The notes below the pieces were generated by a model, which saw only the letters and a program-made list of their open reading frames with translations, did no database searches and was not told the origin of the DNA. From Octopus sinensis (lineage: Eukaryota): a stretch of 64,000 nt of DNA. The DNA is taken from contig NC_042999.1 in NCBI RefSeq assembly GCF_006345805.1, positions 56,482,001 through 56,546,000 of the forward strand, in the 5' to 3' direction. A program made the position numbers and the translations under genes. Positions 52,032-64,000 of the stretch are shown here, one piece after another (positions within the stretch are counted from its first letter, which is position 1; every line of letters starts with the position of its first letter).

Positions 52032-52997
52032 ATTGCAGTGTGGAAGGTGTTTATAAGCCATTTAAGAAACACAAAATCCGTTAGATTAACTTTAACATTT
52101 AAATTTAATTTGTCAAAATATTTTGACAAATTAATAGGTAAGACCTATTACAAAAATGGTTGGTCGTAGCCTTCACATGTGTGGGGCTTTCGAGCATGAG
52201 TTTGCAGCCATCATACACACACACATCATCATCGTTTTACATCCGCCCTCCATGCTGGCATGGGTGAGACTATATATGAATATATATATATATATATACG
52301 CACACACACACATTTTTTTTTTTTTTCTGTCATTTGACTGTGGCCATGCTGGAGCACTCTGTAGCCTAACAATTCGACCCCAAGACTTATTCTTTGTAAG
52401 CCTAGTACTTTATTGATCTCTTTTGCCAAACTGCTGTGTGATGGAGATGTAAATGCACCAGCATCAGTTGTCAATCAATGGTGGGGGAACAGGGACACAC
52501 ACACGCATATATATATGATGGGCTTCTCTCAGTTTCCGTCTACCAAATCTGCTCACAAGGCTTTGGTTGGACCAAGGCTATAGTAGATGATACTTGCCCA
52601 AGGTGCCACACAATGGGACTGAACCCAGAACCATATGGTTGATAAGCAAGCTACTTACCACAAGTGGTGCTGGTTTGTTTACATTCCCAAAATCTAACAG
52701 TCTGACAAAAAGACTGATTGAACAAGTACCAAGGCTTTAAGAATTAAGTACTAGGATTGATTTATTTGGCTAAAACTTCAAGGCTGTGCCCCAGCTTGGC
52801 CACAATCTAATGACAAACTTTTTCTTGTTAATATTTAATGAATGGACTGTCTTCCATAAGATGGCCATTCAGTTTCTGTGAACCACAGGTTTACAGTGGT
52901 TCGGATTTGTCCCAGTTGGTCATCCATAGTATTCTACATTCTATTGTAGCCTTACATTTTAACTGTTTCTTCGAAGGCCACCAATATAATTGAACTG

Positions 52998-53230
52998 ACG
53001 GCGGCGAGCTGGCAGAAATGTTAGCACGCCAGGCAAAATGCCTAGTGGTATTTCGTCTGCCGTTACGTTCTGAGTTCAAATTCTGCTGAGGTCGGCTTTG
53101 CCTTTCATCCTTTTGGGGTCGATTAAATAAGTACCAGTTAATCACTGGGGTCGATGTAATCAGCTTAATCCCTTTGTCTGTCCTTGTTTGTCCCCTTTAT
53201 GTTTAGACCCCTGTGGGCAATAAAGAAATA
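52998..53230 (+). mobile_element. SINE family B, full-length with TSD
   Basis: TSD aatataa(t/c)tgaactg at 52983-52997 and 53231-53245. Confidence 0.85.
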
Positions 53231-54445
53231 AATATAACTGAACTGTTAATCATGTGATGTATTGATGATGGGGTTGGGGTCGGAGGATTTACTCTGTTGA
53301 ATCCTCCCTCAGTGAGTTTGTAGTAGTAGCAGTAGCATCATTGAATGGAGTGAGTATAAGAACACCAAACTTTACATTTTACTTCTTCTCTTCACAACAA
53401 TTGAATTTGACATTCCTACATTCCATAAACTCTCTTCAGGTTATTGACCAGCTTGGTTGCTGTTAATTGGTTGTCTGTCCATTGACTAGGGGAGAAGAAA
53501 GGGCAGGAGACAGCTGTTTTGACAGACTAGTTGATTTGTGTTTTTCTGACTCAAGCAACTTCTACTTTTAAAAAAAAATTATCATATAAGAGCATCTTGG
53601 AGTACATTCAATGGAAATCACAAGGAAGGAATGGTTTTGTACTGGTCTGAAGAGTTTTGACCTTTCACCAATATTCCCTTATAAGAAAGGTCCCATTTGT
53701 TTTATTCAAAATATTACAGTTGTTTTGCTGAATACTCGAATGTTGTCTTTGAAAGGTTCATCAGCCCTTAAGGGGTTTTTGTATTTTTTTCAGGAGTTGT
53801 TAACAGATCTGTTTATATTGTAATAAAATTCCACGTATTACTTATGGTTATAGATAGGTATATATATATTTCTTTATTGCCCACAAGAGGCTAAACAGAG
53901 AGGGGACAAACAAAGGTATTAAGTCGATTACATCAACCCCAGTGCATAACTGGTACTTATTTAATCAACTCCGAAAGGATGAAAGGCAAAGTCGGCCTCA
54001 GCAGAATTTGAACTCAGAAAGTAATGCGGTACGAAATACCGCTAAGCACTTTGCCTGGCGTGCTAATGATTTTGCCAGCTCACCACCCTAAATATATATG
54101 TAGCATAGGTACATAGCTATATCACGTGATCAACCAGACTCGGATGTTACACCTTGCTGGTCACAATGTGCTTCCTATTGTTTTGGCTTTCAAATGATGC
54201 CGTTCCTGGCTAGGCAAACAGGCCAACATTTCTCCTGATCAGAAGGCTATTATTCTGTTACAGGGGTAACCCATTTACAGCTGAGTAGACTGAAGCAACA
54301 TGAAATGAAGTGCTATCTCAAGAACGCAATGTGTTGCTTGGCCGGCCCAAGAATCAAACCCATAATCTTTGCATCATGAGTGCAATGCCTAACCAGTAGA
54401 ATGGACGCCTTTATGTATAATTATATAGCATAGATTAATTAAGCC

Positions 54446-54456
54446 TCCAAAAATGG

Positions 54457-54502
<46 letters not shown>
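54446..54502. repeat. (AT)n microsatellite
   Basis: Read directly. Others at about 13683-13701, 14643-14675 and 27750-27776. Confidence 0.95.
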
Positions 54503-54508
<6 letters not shown>

Positions 54509-55458
54509 TTCTTTATTATTTTTTTTGTTTGCTAATCTATTCTGGCAAAGACAGGTTTTAAAGATATTTCTGTTTATTTTAGTTGTTTTCATTGTGAAAT
54601 AGACTTGCATCAAGCCTTATAAAATATATTCTGTCTAAAATTTATATTTAATTTAGAACAGGTTGCATTTTTAGATTTCAAATTTATTTTGTGTGTATGT
54701 ATGTGTATTTTATAGATGTTGCCCATGATGATGTATGGAGTTAGCAAGGCATTTTCTGATGCTATATAATTTTTATATTGCTTATTGGGAGCTTTCCAGT
54801 TAGGTGTCTCTTAGACATTTTTTTTCTATGTGTAATATATAATATGGTGTGTGTGTGTGCCGAAATATCAGTTACTAAATATAAATAGCATGATCAGATT
54901 CTTGGCTAATTATAATATTTTGTTATTGATCTATTTCATTTTGCAATTATTTGCTGTAGACTAGTTTAGCAAGCTTCAGTACATCTCTCAATATTCACAA
55001 TATTAACTAGGAAACGAGTTGATGAGTTCCAAGCATGTAGCAAGTTCCCAATTTTTGCTGTCATAACTTTGAATCTTTGCATTTGAAAAGACATTTTTAC
55101 CTTCTGTCAGTTTGATACAAAAAGAAAGAAAAAAGAGAATCTGGCTCAATGAACTCCATCTGACCCATGCAAACATGGAAAAGTGGACGTTAAAACAATG
55201 CTTTTGTGAGTTAATTTAATGTCCACATTTCGTTACTATGCTTGTCTGGATCAGGGGCAGTTTGTTGAGGCAGATTTTCTACAGCTAGCTTCAGCTTCTG
55301 TCTTCCAAACCCACTTGCAAGGTTTTTTTGTCAGCCCTTGACTGTAGTAGAAGATACTTGCCCAAGATGTCTCACAGAGGAGCTGAACCTGGAACCATGT
55401 AGGTGGAAAGCAAACTTCTTACCCATACAGCCACTTCTGCATGTGCTTGGATGTGCAT

Positions 55459-55500
<42 letters not shown>

Positions 55501-56352
55501 AAGTGTGCATGTCTGCTTGAGTTAAGCATCAGTGTAAAGGCAGACTGTCTTGTTTAGTCTGCAACAGGTTTTTTTTTTGTTCTGGTGGGTTTTTTTGGGG
55601 TTTTTTTCCTGATTTTTTTAATAGAAATACCAGGCTGAGTGATCTAGAACCTTAAAAAAAAATGGTTTGTGTTCGTTCAGTAATTGTGTAGACAAGGAAG
55701 ATAGTGTATGTGGTCATTGGTGGAGAGAATGTGATGTGGCTTTCAGTTGCTTTACTAGTTAGATAATTCATGTCAGTGCTAAAATTATTTTCTTGTTCCA
55801 AAACCCAACAGTTCTTTGTATTAATAAGCTCTGGTATCTGTGAGCCTTTTCTAACTAAATTTCTATTGAAATACTCATTTTAATTTTGAAAACATTGAAG
55901 AATTTAGTAAAATATCTTTGTCACTGGTGCTGGTGCCACGTAATAAACACCCAGTACACTCTAAAGTGGTTAGCAGTAGGAAGAGTGCCAAAAGACTTCT
56001 TGATCCTGAGAAGACTTCCAGTCTTCCCAGCTCCTATCAAACTGTCCAACCCATGCCAGCATGGGAAACTGACATTAAATGATTTTGATGAATTAACATG
56101 AAATTTGGAAGGTATTTTTGATCACTTTAAAATGGGAAGTTTGTATCACAATGAAAGGTGGCCTTGGGTGGGTTTATATGGTTAGATCTGATTTTTTTAT
56201 AAGGGTTAGAAGTGATTTTTATGTAGGGAAATAGAATTGGTTGAATCAACAGGGTTTGTTCTTCTGTGATTGTCAAATCTTTGATATTGTATTAAATCTT
56301 GGGAGCTTTTACAGCTCTATATGTAAGAGATAAGGAATTATTTATATTTGAT

Positions 56353-56570
56353 GGATATGGCATAGTGGTTAAGAGTAGGCTACTAATCCCCAAAATTCAG
56401 AGTTCGATTCCAGGCAGTGACCTGAATAATAACATCGAAAAATACCTTATAAATGAGAACCCAGGTTTGAAATTTCCCCAAGACACCTGATGAAGGCTGG
56501 AGGGTATATCAGCTGAAACGTGTTAACCACAAACAAGATGAGGACAAATATGTCAAATGCAAATAATGTA
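56353..56570 (+). mobile_element. tRNA-headed short element ending in a Penelope-type hammerhead-like motif
   Basis: A box tggcatagtgg (56358-56368), B box gagttcgattcc (56400-56411), then gacac-ctgatga-aggctg-gagggtatat-cagct-gaaac-gtgtt (56482-56524). Confidence 0.75.
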
Positions 56571-58529
56571 CTTGGTAGCTTTGTTAGGTATCCTTAGAGA
56601 TGTACTCTTTATGAAACTCTTTCTACCAGTTTTTATAATTACAACCACTACATGTGGAATTGATGGAGTGGGGGTGGTGGAGTGGATACTATTGTTTCAA
56701 GTGCAAAAGAGATTTCTTTCTTATCTAAGTACATCCAGTGTGTTTGACATAGTTTAAGAGAAGCTAATACTAAATTAACAACATGCAATAGTTGTAGTTA
56801 ATTCATTGGTCTTACCCCAAAACACTTTCAACTTCCTCTCAAACCTTCACATACCTCACTGGAGAAGAAAAAAAACCCCGCAAAATTTGAGTAAAAATGA
56901 GCAGAAATTCTCTCCATTTTGTGTTATGTCTGAAAGAATATCAGTGTTTTTTCATCCCAACGGCATGGTTTGGGTTCAGCTCCACTGTGTGGACTGACCA
57001 AAGCCTCAAACTGACCAGAACTTTGTGAGTGGAAAACTGAAGAAGTCAGTCATCTGTAAGTCTGTCTGTCTGTCCCCTAACTCTGCCTGACAACCAGTGT
57101 TGGTGTGTTTACATCCCTGTATCTTAGCAGTTCATCAAGAGAACCAATAGCATTAGAACCAGACTAAAGTACTGGGATTGACTTGATTGACTAAAATTCA
57201 AGTCAGTGCTCCAGCATGGCCACAGTCTAATCACTGAAACTAGTAAAAGAAAGATAAGTCAGTATTTAATGTTGGAACCTAATGGAATGCCTTGTCAATC
57301 TTTTACTTGGTTCAATCATTGGAACGTGGCCATGCTGGGGCTCTGCTTTGACAGGTTTTACTCTAACAAATCAACCCAAGTACTCATGTTTTTTGTTTTT
57401 TTTAAAGTCTAGAGCTTATTTTATTTGTCCCTTTGCTAAACTGCCAAGTTACAGGGGATGTAAACAAACCATCACCAGTTGTCAAGCAGTGAATGGGTGG
57501 GTGAGAAATGCAGGTACAAAGACATCATCAATTTAACGTCCACTTTTCCATGCTTGTATGGGTTAGACAAGGCAAATTTTCTATGGTCAGGCCTCCTCCT
57601 GGTTACCAACCCTCACCTGTTTCAATGTAAAGTCACTTTTCCCCATGCTAAAGTCGCAGCAAGCACTCCATGCAAAATGCTTAGTGGCAGCATTTCACCT
57701 GTCTTTACATTCTGAGTTCAAAATCTGTCAAGGTTGTTTTTGCCTTTCATCCTTTCAGGGTCGATAAAATAAGTACCACTCGAGCACTGGGTTCAACTTA
57801 TTCTCTCTGCCTAAACAGCTGGCCTTGTGCCAAAATATGAAATCAATATGTCCCCTGAAGGTCAGACACATTTTTTCATGAAAGACCGAAAATGAACACT
57901 GCTTGTATGACTGACACTTGTTTACAGCCACCATGTGATGTCAGTAAACACATACACACATGCCGGGCTTCTTTCTGTTTATATCTACCAAATCCACTCT
58001 TAAGGTTTTGGTTGACCTGGGGCTAAATTAAGACACTTGCTCAAGATGCCACACTGTGAGACTGAACCCAAAACCACATGGTTGCAGAGCAAGCTTCTTA
58101 ACCACAGCCATTATTCCAGTTAAAGAGAAATGTCCACAATTTTATATTGTTTCTAATGTAGACACAAGGCCTGAAATTTGCAAGGGCCAGGAACAGTTCA
58201 CTGCTACTTTATTGACCCTTGAAGCGTGAATGATAATGTTAACTTTGGCAGGATTTGAACTCAGAGTATAAAGGGTTGGAACAAATACTACTGTAAGGTA
58301 ATTTGTCCGACACTCTTCACAGTTTTGCCTCTCTACTTACTGGACAACCATTGATGTAACTGTAAATAGGTGTAGGCGTGACTGTGTGGAAGAAGATTGC
58401 TTCTCAACAGCATGGTTCTGGGTTCAATCCCACAGCGTGCCACTTGGGGCAAGTGTTAGAGGATTTGGTAGACAGAAACTGAAAGAAGCCTCTCTCTCTC
58501 TGTGAGGGAGAGAGAAACTATCATTTATT

Positions 58530-58780
58530 GTTCATGCTGGCATGGGTTGGCTGGTTTGCCCAGGGCTGGTAAGCTGGAAGGCTGCACCAGACTCCTTTCT
58601 GATTTGGCACGGTTTTCTATGGCTGGATGCCCTTCCTAACACCAACCACTCTGAGAGTGTAATGAGTGCTTTTATGTGCCACCAGCATGACACCAGAGTG
58701 CATTTACATGCCACCAGCATGGGTGCCAATTTGCATGACACCAGTATCTGCCACAACTGCCGATTTTGCTTGGCTTGATA
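58530..58780 (-). mobile_element. RTE 3' UTR copy
   Basis: Conserved UTR core. Further copies at about 8725-8900, 31545-31730, 36085-36335(+), 37390-37560, 40600-40780, 49225-49470, 55920-56090(+), 59697-59925 and 60640-60860(+). Confidence 0.78.
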
Positions 58781-60863
58781 TATGTATAAAGTGTGTTTTT
58801 GTGTCTGTCTGTCCTCGAACTCTGCTTGAAAACTGGTATGGGTGTGTTTATGTCTCTGTAACTTAGTGGTTTGTCAAAAGAGACCAATAGAATAAGTACT
58901 AGACTTTAAAAAAACGTACTTGGGTCAATTTATTTGACTTAAATTCTTCAAGGCCAGCATGGCCACAGTCTAGTGAGTGAAGCAGCAAAAATTTTTTATT
59001 TAAATTACTACTAAAATGTTTTTTTTTCTTCTCTAAGATATTTCTTAAAAATGCTGTTACTGATTTGATTTTGTTACTGCTAATTAGACTGCAGAGTCAC
59101 CATTAGTTGCTATATTTTAATTTAGCATTCCTTCTTCTCTTCATTGTTTAAATATTATTATTGCTTAACAGGCGCAGACACACACACACACACACACTGT
59201 CCATCTCCCCAGTGGCTGTTCCAGTGTGCCTCCCTTACCATCCTCCAGGGCAACATCTTTTCCATTTCAGCTGCAGGAGACATGGGACAGACTGACAAGT
59301 CAGATGTCTCTGAAATATAATGTCTATTAGTACAATACTCTACTCTCCAGTAACAACATTTCACCATTGTTTTAATGTCATTTTCTCATACTTGAAATCT
59401 CATGATTGGGAAGTAAACTCCTTAACCATATGACCATACCTGCTTCTGTACTGATGTATTTCAGCATATTTATATTCTCCCATTCCACTCATCTTTCCTT
59501 ATATATTGGAATTTTTTTTTTTTTTTTGTTTTTCATTGCCAGTATCTGTTACTTATTTTACACAAGTAGTTCTCCATGGGACAGTGGAGGTCAAACAACA
59601 TATTTACCGATGCACTTTGCATAGTTAAAAACAAAGACAAAACACTCTTTTAGTATTTAGGTTATTCTGTCAAATCTAATGCTTATTTATTCACATTCAT
59701 CATCATTGTTTAATGTCTGCTTTCCATGCTGGCATGGGTTGTACAGTTTGACGGAAGATTGGCAAGCCAGAAGACTGCACCAGGCTTCAATCTGATCTGG
59801 CAATGTTTCTATAGCTGGATGCCCTTCCTAACGCCAACCACCCTGGGAGTGTAGCAGGTGCTTTTTACATGCCACCGGCACAGGAACCAGTCTGTGGGTA
59901 CTAGCATCGGCCACATTCAGATGGACTGTTTTGTATTAATTTTGCACTATTTCATAGTTGTGAGATTTCAGTGATGTGATTATTTTTAGAATGACTTTGT
60001 AGGGTTGGTGTGAAAGGCCAGATCTGGTTAGTTTGAACATAAAACAGACTATTTTGGCCAGATATGGCCATTTTAAATGCTAAAGAGTTGAAGTTCAACA
60101 TTTAAAGCGAAGAAATATTTAAAATGACATGGAAAACAGATGTTAAACGATGAAGATTAACATTTTCTTAAGGTGCTCAACAATATGGATTATATAAAGC
60201 TTAGAATATTTAAAAAAAAAAACCACTGCTTGTCTACATACTCTTTGTAGCCTCTTTCTATCTCTCTCTTTTCTCCCTCTTACTGACGTAGCCATGTCTC
60301 TCCTTTGTTCATTCTCTAACTGCTCATCACCTGGCACAAAGCCGCCTCCTTTGATACTACTCTCCCCCACCTCAGTTGAGAAGTCCTGTCTTATAAGTTA
60401 CTTGGTGACTTTGCTGGTGCCATGTAAAAAGCACTTAGTACACTCTGTAAAGTGTGTGGTTTTAGGAAGGGCATCCAAGGACCATGCCAAAGCAGACAGT
60501 TGAACTTAACTCTTTTGATTTACCAGCTCCTGTCAAACCCTCTTTTTTAAACTTTGTACAGTCAGCTATTTCTATAGCATACAAACACTTACTGTAATAC
60601 CAGCACAAATATTCAGTTATTTGAAGCTGTAATATTTATGATCTTGGTGACCCTGTCAGTGCTGATGTCACACAAAAGTACTGGTGATGGTGCCATATAA
60701 AAAGCACTGGTACTTGTACCACATAAGTACCCATTACACTCATTACATAAAACAGTTAGCATTAGGAGGGGCATCCAGCTGTAGAAACCAAAGTAGGCAA
60801 AAGAACTTGGTGAGGCCCCTGGCCTTGCCAGCTTCTGTCAAACTGTCCAACCCATGATAAGTA

Positions 60864-61057
60864 GTCCATTGGTGTCCGATGACAACAAAGTCTGTGCTCT
60901 CAGCGATGAGAGTGCATGCAGATCCACAATCTAAAGCTGGCAGCACACGGGTGTCACAGCGATAATCTGTTGACTAGATTGAAGCAGGTGCTGCATTGAG
61001 ACCTTGTCGCCGGTTCTCTTCGAAGGCAGCTGCTGCTTGTGAGGTGAGAGAACGTTG
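60864..61057 (-). mobile_element. 3' end of a distinct RTE/RTEX-like LINE with a C-terminal Cys/His motif, nested in the tail of an RTE UTR copy
   Basis: Minus strand: RSLTSQAAAAFEENRRQG...DYRCDT / CAASFRLWICMHSHR*, resembling the RTE end FE..R.....C..C...SRIGL.SH.R; CpG-rich. Confidence 0.65.
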
Positions 61058-61577
61058 AATGATGATGATGTGTTGATGGGAGTTCCATTTCTTAATGTAA
61101 CTAGAAACTCAAGAGTGTTAAAATCTTCTCAACATAAAATATACAGGGTTAAACTGGATAAGTAGATAATATATTTGGTTACCAGTTCATCTTATCCTTA
61201 TGCCATACTCCACTCTTGGTTTGTGTAGCTGGTTCTAATCCTCTATAGATTTTCATTGAACAAGACAATATATTTTATGTCTCAACCCATATTCCACTGG
61301 AAAGGGTAAATCTGTTTTGGTGGGGTAAGATCAAGTGGGCTGATCCCCTATTTTAATGTATGTGATATTGTCCAGGATCCTAAATATAAACCTCAGATAT
61401 CAGTAATGTTCTTTCAGGAAGAAGCTCTACCAATAGCAGGCCATCATCATAAAGTTAGAAATCTATGTTCCCTAGGACATAATATATCAAAATAATTACC
61501 ACAGGTCTCTCCTGAGATACTGCACATCAAAATATCTAGGGCACAGTGCATTTTAGTATATAGTATAGGTCTGTACT

Positions 61578-61956
61578 GTGGAGGTGCAATGGCCCAGTGG
61601 TTAGGGCAACAGACTTGTGGTCATGGGATTGTGGTTTCGATTCCCAGATAGGGCATTGTGAGTGTTTATTGAGCGAAAACACCTAAAGCTCCATGAGGCT
61701 CCGGCAGGGGGTAGTGGCAAACCCTGCAGTACTTTTTCACTACAACTTTCTCTCTCTCTTCCTGTTTCTGTTGTACCTGTATTTCAAAGGGCCAGCCTTG
61801 TCACACTCTGTGCCATGCTGAATCTCCCCGAGAACTACATTAAGGGTACACACGTCTGTGGAGTGCTCAGCCAGTTACATGTTAATTTCACAAGCAGGCT
61901 GTTCCATTGATCGGATCAACTGGAACCCTCATCGTCGTAACTGAATGAGTACCACA
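61578..61956 (+). mobile_element. tRNA-derived SINE family D, full-length with an 11-bp TSD
   Basis: A box tggcccagtgg, B box ggtttcgattccc; TSD aggtctgtact at 61567-61577 and 61957-61967. Confidence 0.88.
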
Positions 61957-63449
61957 AGGTCTGTACTATGAGAACTATGGCACATGTTGTAGTGTTAGTT
62001 ATGACAATGCCTTATAACAGCAGTCCTCTTTCCGTTCTGCGACCCTCATTCTAGATATCAGCAAAACCATTTACTGCAAGGTGAGGAGGAGGCAGAGTCA
62101 GTGAATGGGAAAGTGGACAGTGGGGTGGGGGTCAGCATGCTCCTCCTCTCCCAGTGGGTGGGGTGGTACTAGAAAGAAAACTAAAGATGAAACTGAGGGA
62201 GCAGGACAAACCTTCAAAGTAACATGTAAAAAAGGTTGCAAGAGGAGACAGGAGGTAAGAGATAGAAGTAGGGGCTGAAGGTAGTCAATTGTAAGTGAGG
62301 ATGGAGTGCAATGGAAGTACAAGGCTTAAAAAAAATACTGGGATCAATTCATTTAGCTAAAAATCCTTCAAGGTGGTGCCCCAGCATGGCCGCAGTCTAA
62401 TTACTGAAATTAGTAAAAAAATAAATAAAGAATAAAAAAAGTAATGAAAATTAAATGGTGCTGGAATAAATCTTTGTGAAATATTTTTGTGTAAATAATG
62501 GTTCTTCTTGGTTGCTTTTTTTCTACAGCAACTATTTTAAACTTATTGCTAATAACATATTTCGGTATGGCTGATGGCTCCTATACATCGTGGATCTAGT
62601 TCTGTTTTATCTCACCATCGCTTATCTTTAGATTTAATCAAACTGTTGTTGTGGAACATTAGTTATATTCTATATTTTGATATGATTTATATCTCCATTA
62701 AATAAACCAGATATTCCAATATTATGTTCACACTATTTGCTCCTGTTATCTGATTTAGCTAATGACTGTCTGGTTTGCTTTTCCCCCTATTGTTATACAA
62801 ACCTGCAATAATTGTATAAATTAGCTTAAATTATCCAAATTGCTTGGTTTTGTTTTGCCTTTGCTTTTATAAAAGCAAGAAATTATTGCATAAATTCGTT
62901 TAAATTACCCAAATTCTCTTTTCTACATCATGATTTTCATTATATTTTTTATGCCTGTTTTTCCATCTACTATGGGTTCGATGAGTATGCTGTTGAGGCA
63001 TTGTTTTACAATCAGGTTTCCTTCCTACTGCAAATCCTTACATGCTTTTCAAAGAAGGGATTTCTTATTTTACTTGTCTTCGTAGGAGTAGGGCAGACAG
63101 GTTATTGTCAGAAGTGACAATGTCACTGATAGCAAAAGTAGCTTTCACAGAGCACATATGAAGGTAAATGCACACATGCATGTGTTTGCATGTATTTGAT
63201 GACTTGTCAGTCTCTGTACCAAATTCACAAGGCTTTGGTCATGCTGGGGCTATAGTAGGAGGCAATTCTCCAAGGTGCGGTGCATTGGGGCTGAACCCCA
63301 AACCATAAAACAGTTGGGAAACAAATTTCTTGACCACCCAGCTATTTCTAAACATGTATTAATTAGGTTAAAATATTTACTATTGCTATGAAATGTTTGT
63401 GTGTGTATATAATTATTTAATCATTAATGTTTTTTTTTCTTCTTTTCAG

Positions 63450-63643
63450 TGGTTAGGTTTTTCCAAGAATATAGTGAACCAGAAGAAGGTGGAGAAACAA
63501 TCAGCCAGCCACCTTCTCGTCGGGACATCAATCCTCTCCATCCTCCTCCGGCTGGTCCCTCTGAAGAAAATGTTTTGCTTCCTCTGCCAGAGAGCACACT
63601 CAACTGTAATTTAGGGATCCCTATTGTAGTACTTGTAACAAAA
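63450..63643 (+). CDS. DYNC1LI: DYNC1LI internal exon, 194 bp, after a 24,893-bp intron
   Basis: tttcag acceptor, gtaagt donor, phase 1 in and phase 0 out. Translates (L)VRFFQEYSEPEEGGETISQPPSRRDINPLHPPPAGPSEENVLLPLPESTLNCNLGIPIVVLVTK; contains LIC FQEY-x-EP and NLGIPxVVxxTK motifs. Confidence 0.96.
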
Positions 63644-64000
63644 GTAAGTACCCTATTCTCTAAGTCCTTCATGACTATATTCGTCTGAGACGCAGCTTCT
63701 TAATGCTGACTAGGGGTTGGCAAGGTAGTTAATATTGACTCCTGTGGGTGGGTCTTTGTGGCCATGCAAGCATTTGATAAACACCTGAAATGTTTTTTAG
63801 CACTGAGGGTGCTGAATTGTTAAACCTGGAAGTGTCAGGTTATCTAAGGCTAAAACTCACTAGTTTCCAGCTAATACAATACAATAACTATTCATCCATT
63901 TTCTCCACCTACTATTCTAGAGATGGTCATTGGGGGTAGCATCCTTGGGTATCTCGCCCATGGGATCCTTTCAGAAGCAACTGGCTGGATTCTCAACTGA

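Noticed and set aside
54723-54760. C/D box snoRNA (ATGATGA...CTGA)
   Set aside because: The boxes are only about 35 nt apart, too short for a C/D snoRNA; other C-box hits lack D boxes.
30736-63643. Assignment as the ciliary dynein-2 light intermediate chain (DYNC2LI1)
   Set aside because: The motifs KKGxGLEY, WILDGD, PW..DSLQKW and NLGIP match dynein-1 LIC1/2 and Drosophila Dlic as recalled.
51-63672. Most ORF-track ORFs of 60-136 aa
   Set aside because: They overlap SINE/LINE UTR repeats or microsatellites, are low-complexity, and show no family motifs. Only those overlapping Dlic exons or transposase remnants are meaningful.

Overview
Eukaryotic, AT-rich, repeat-dense genomic DNA; the repeat content suggests a coleoid cephalopod, probably Octopus (inference). 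One host gene is clearly supported: cytoplasmic dynein-1 light intermediate chain (DYNC1LI/Dlic) on the + strand. Four internal exons (30736-30809, 33574-33690, 38326-38556, 63450-63643) join in frame through canonical GT-AG introns and encode the Ras-like G-domain with P-loop GDTESGKT. The true first coding exon was not found, and the gene continues past the window end. The rest is intronic or upstream sequence packed with mobile elements: RTE LINE 3' ends whose UTR carries a ~63-bp minisatellite and a (GAT)n tail, several tRNA-derived SINE families, a deleted piggyBac plus TTAA-MITE families, hAT and pogo-like MITEs, and mariner and maT remnants. The most striking observation is a short repeat (3 copies) carrying a Penelope-type minimal hammerhead-ribozyme fold; in one copy it sits behind a tRNA-like Pol III head. 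Other oddities are a perfect 50-bp palindrome, a perfect 27-bp-stem hairpin, a nested inverted-repeat insertion, and apparent loss of the conserved Cdk1 SP site in this LIC. Apart from Dlic and the transposon fragments, the ORFs in the supplied track look spurious. Repeat boundaries are read by eye and are approximate unless target-site duplications (TSDs) are given.
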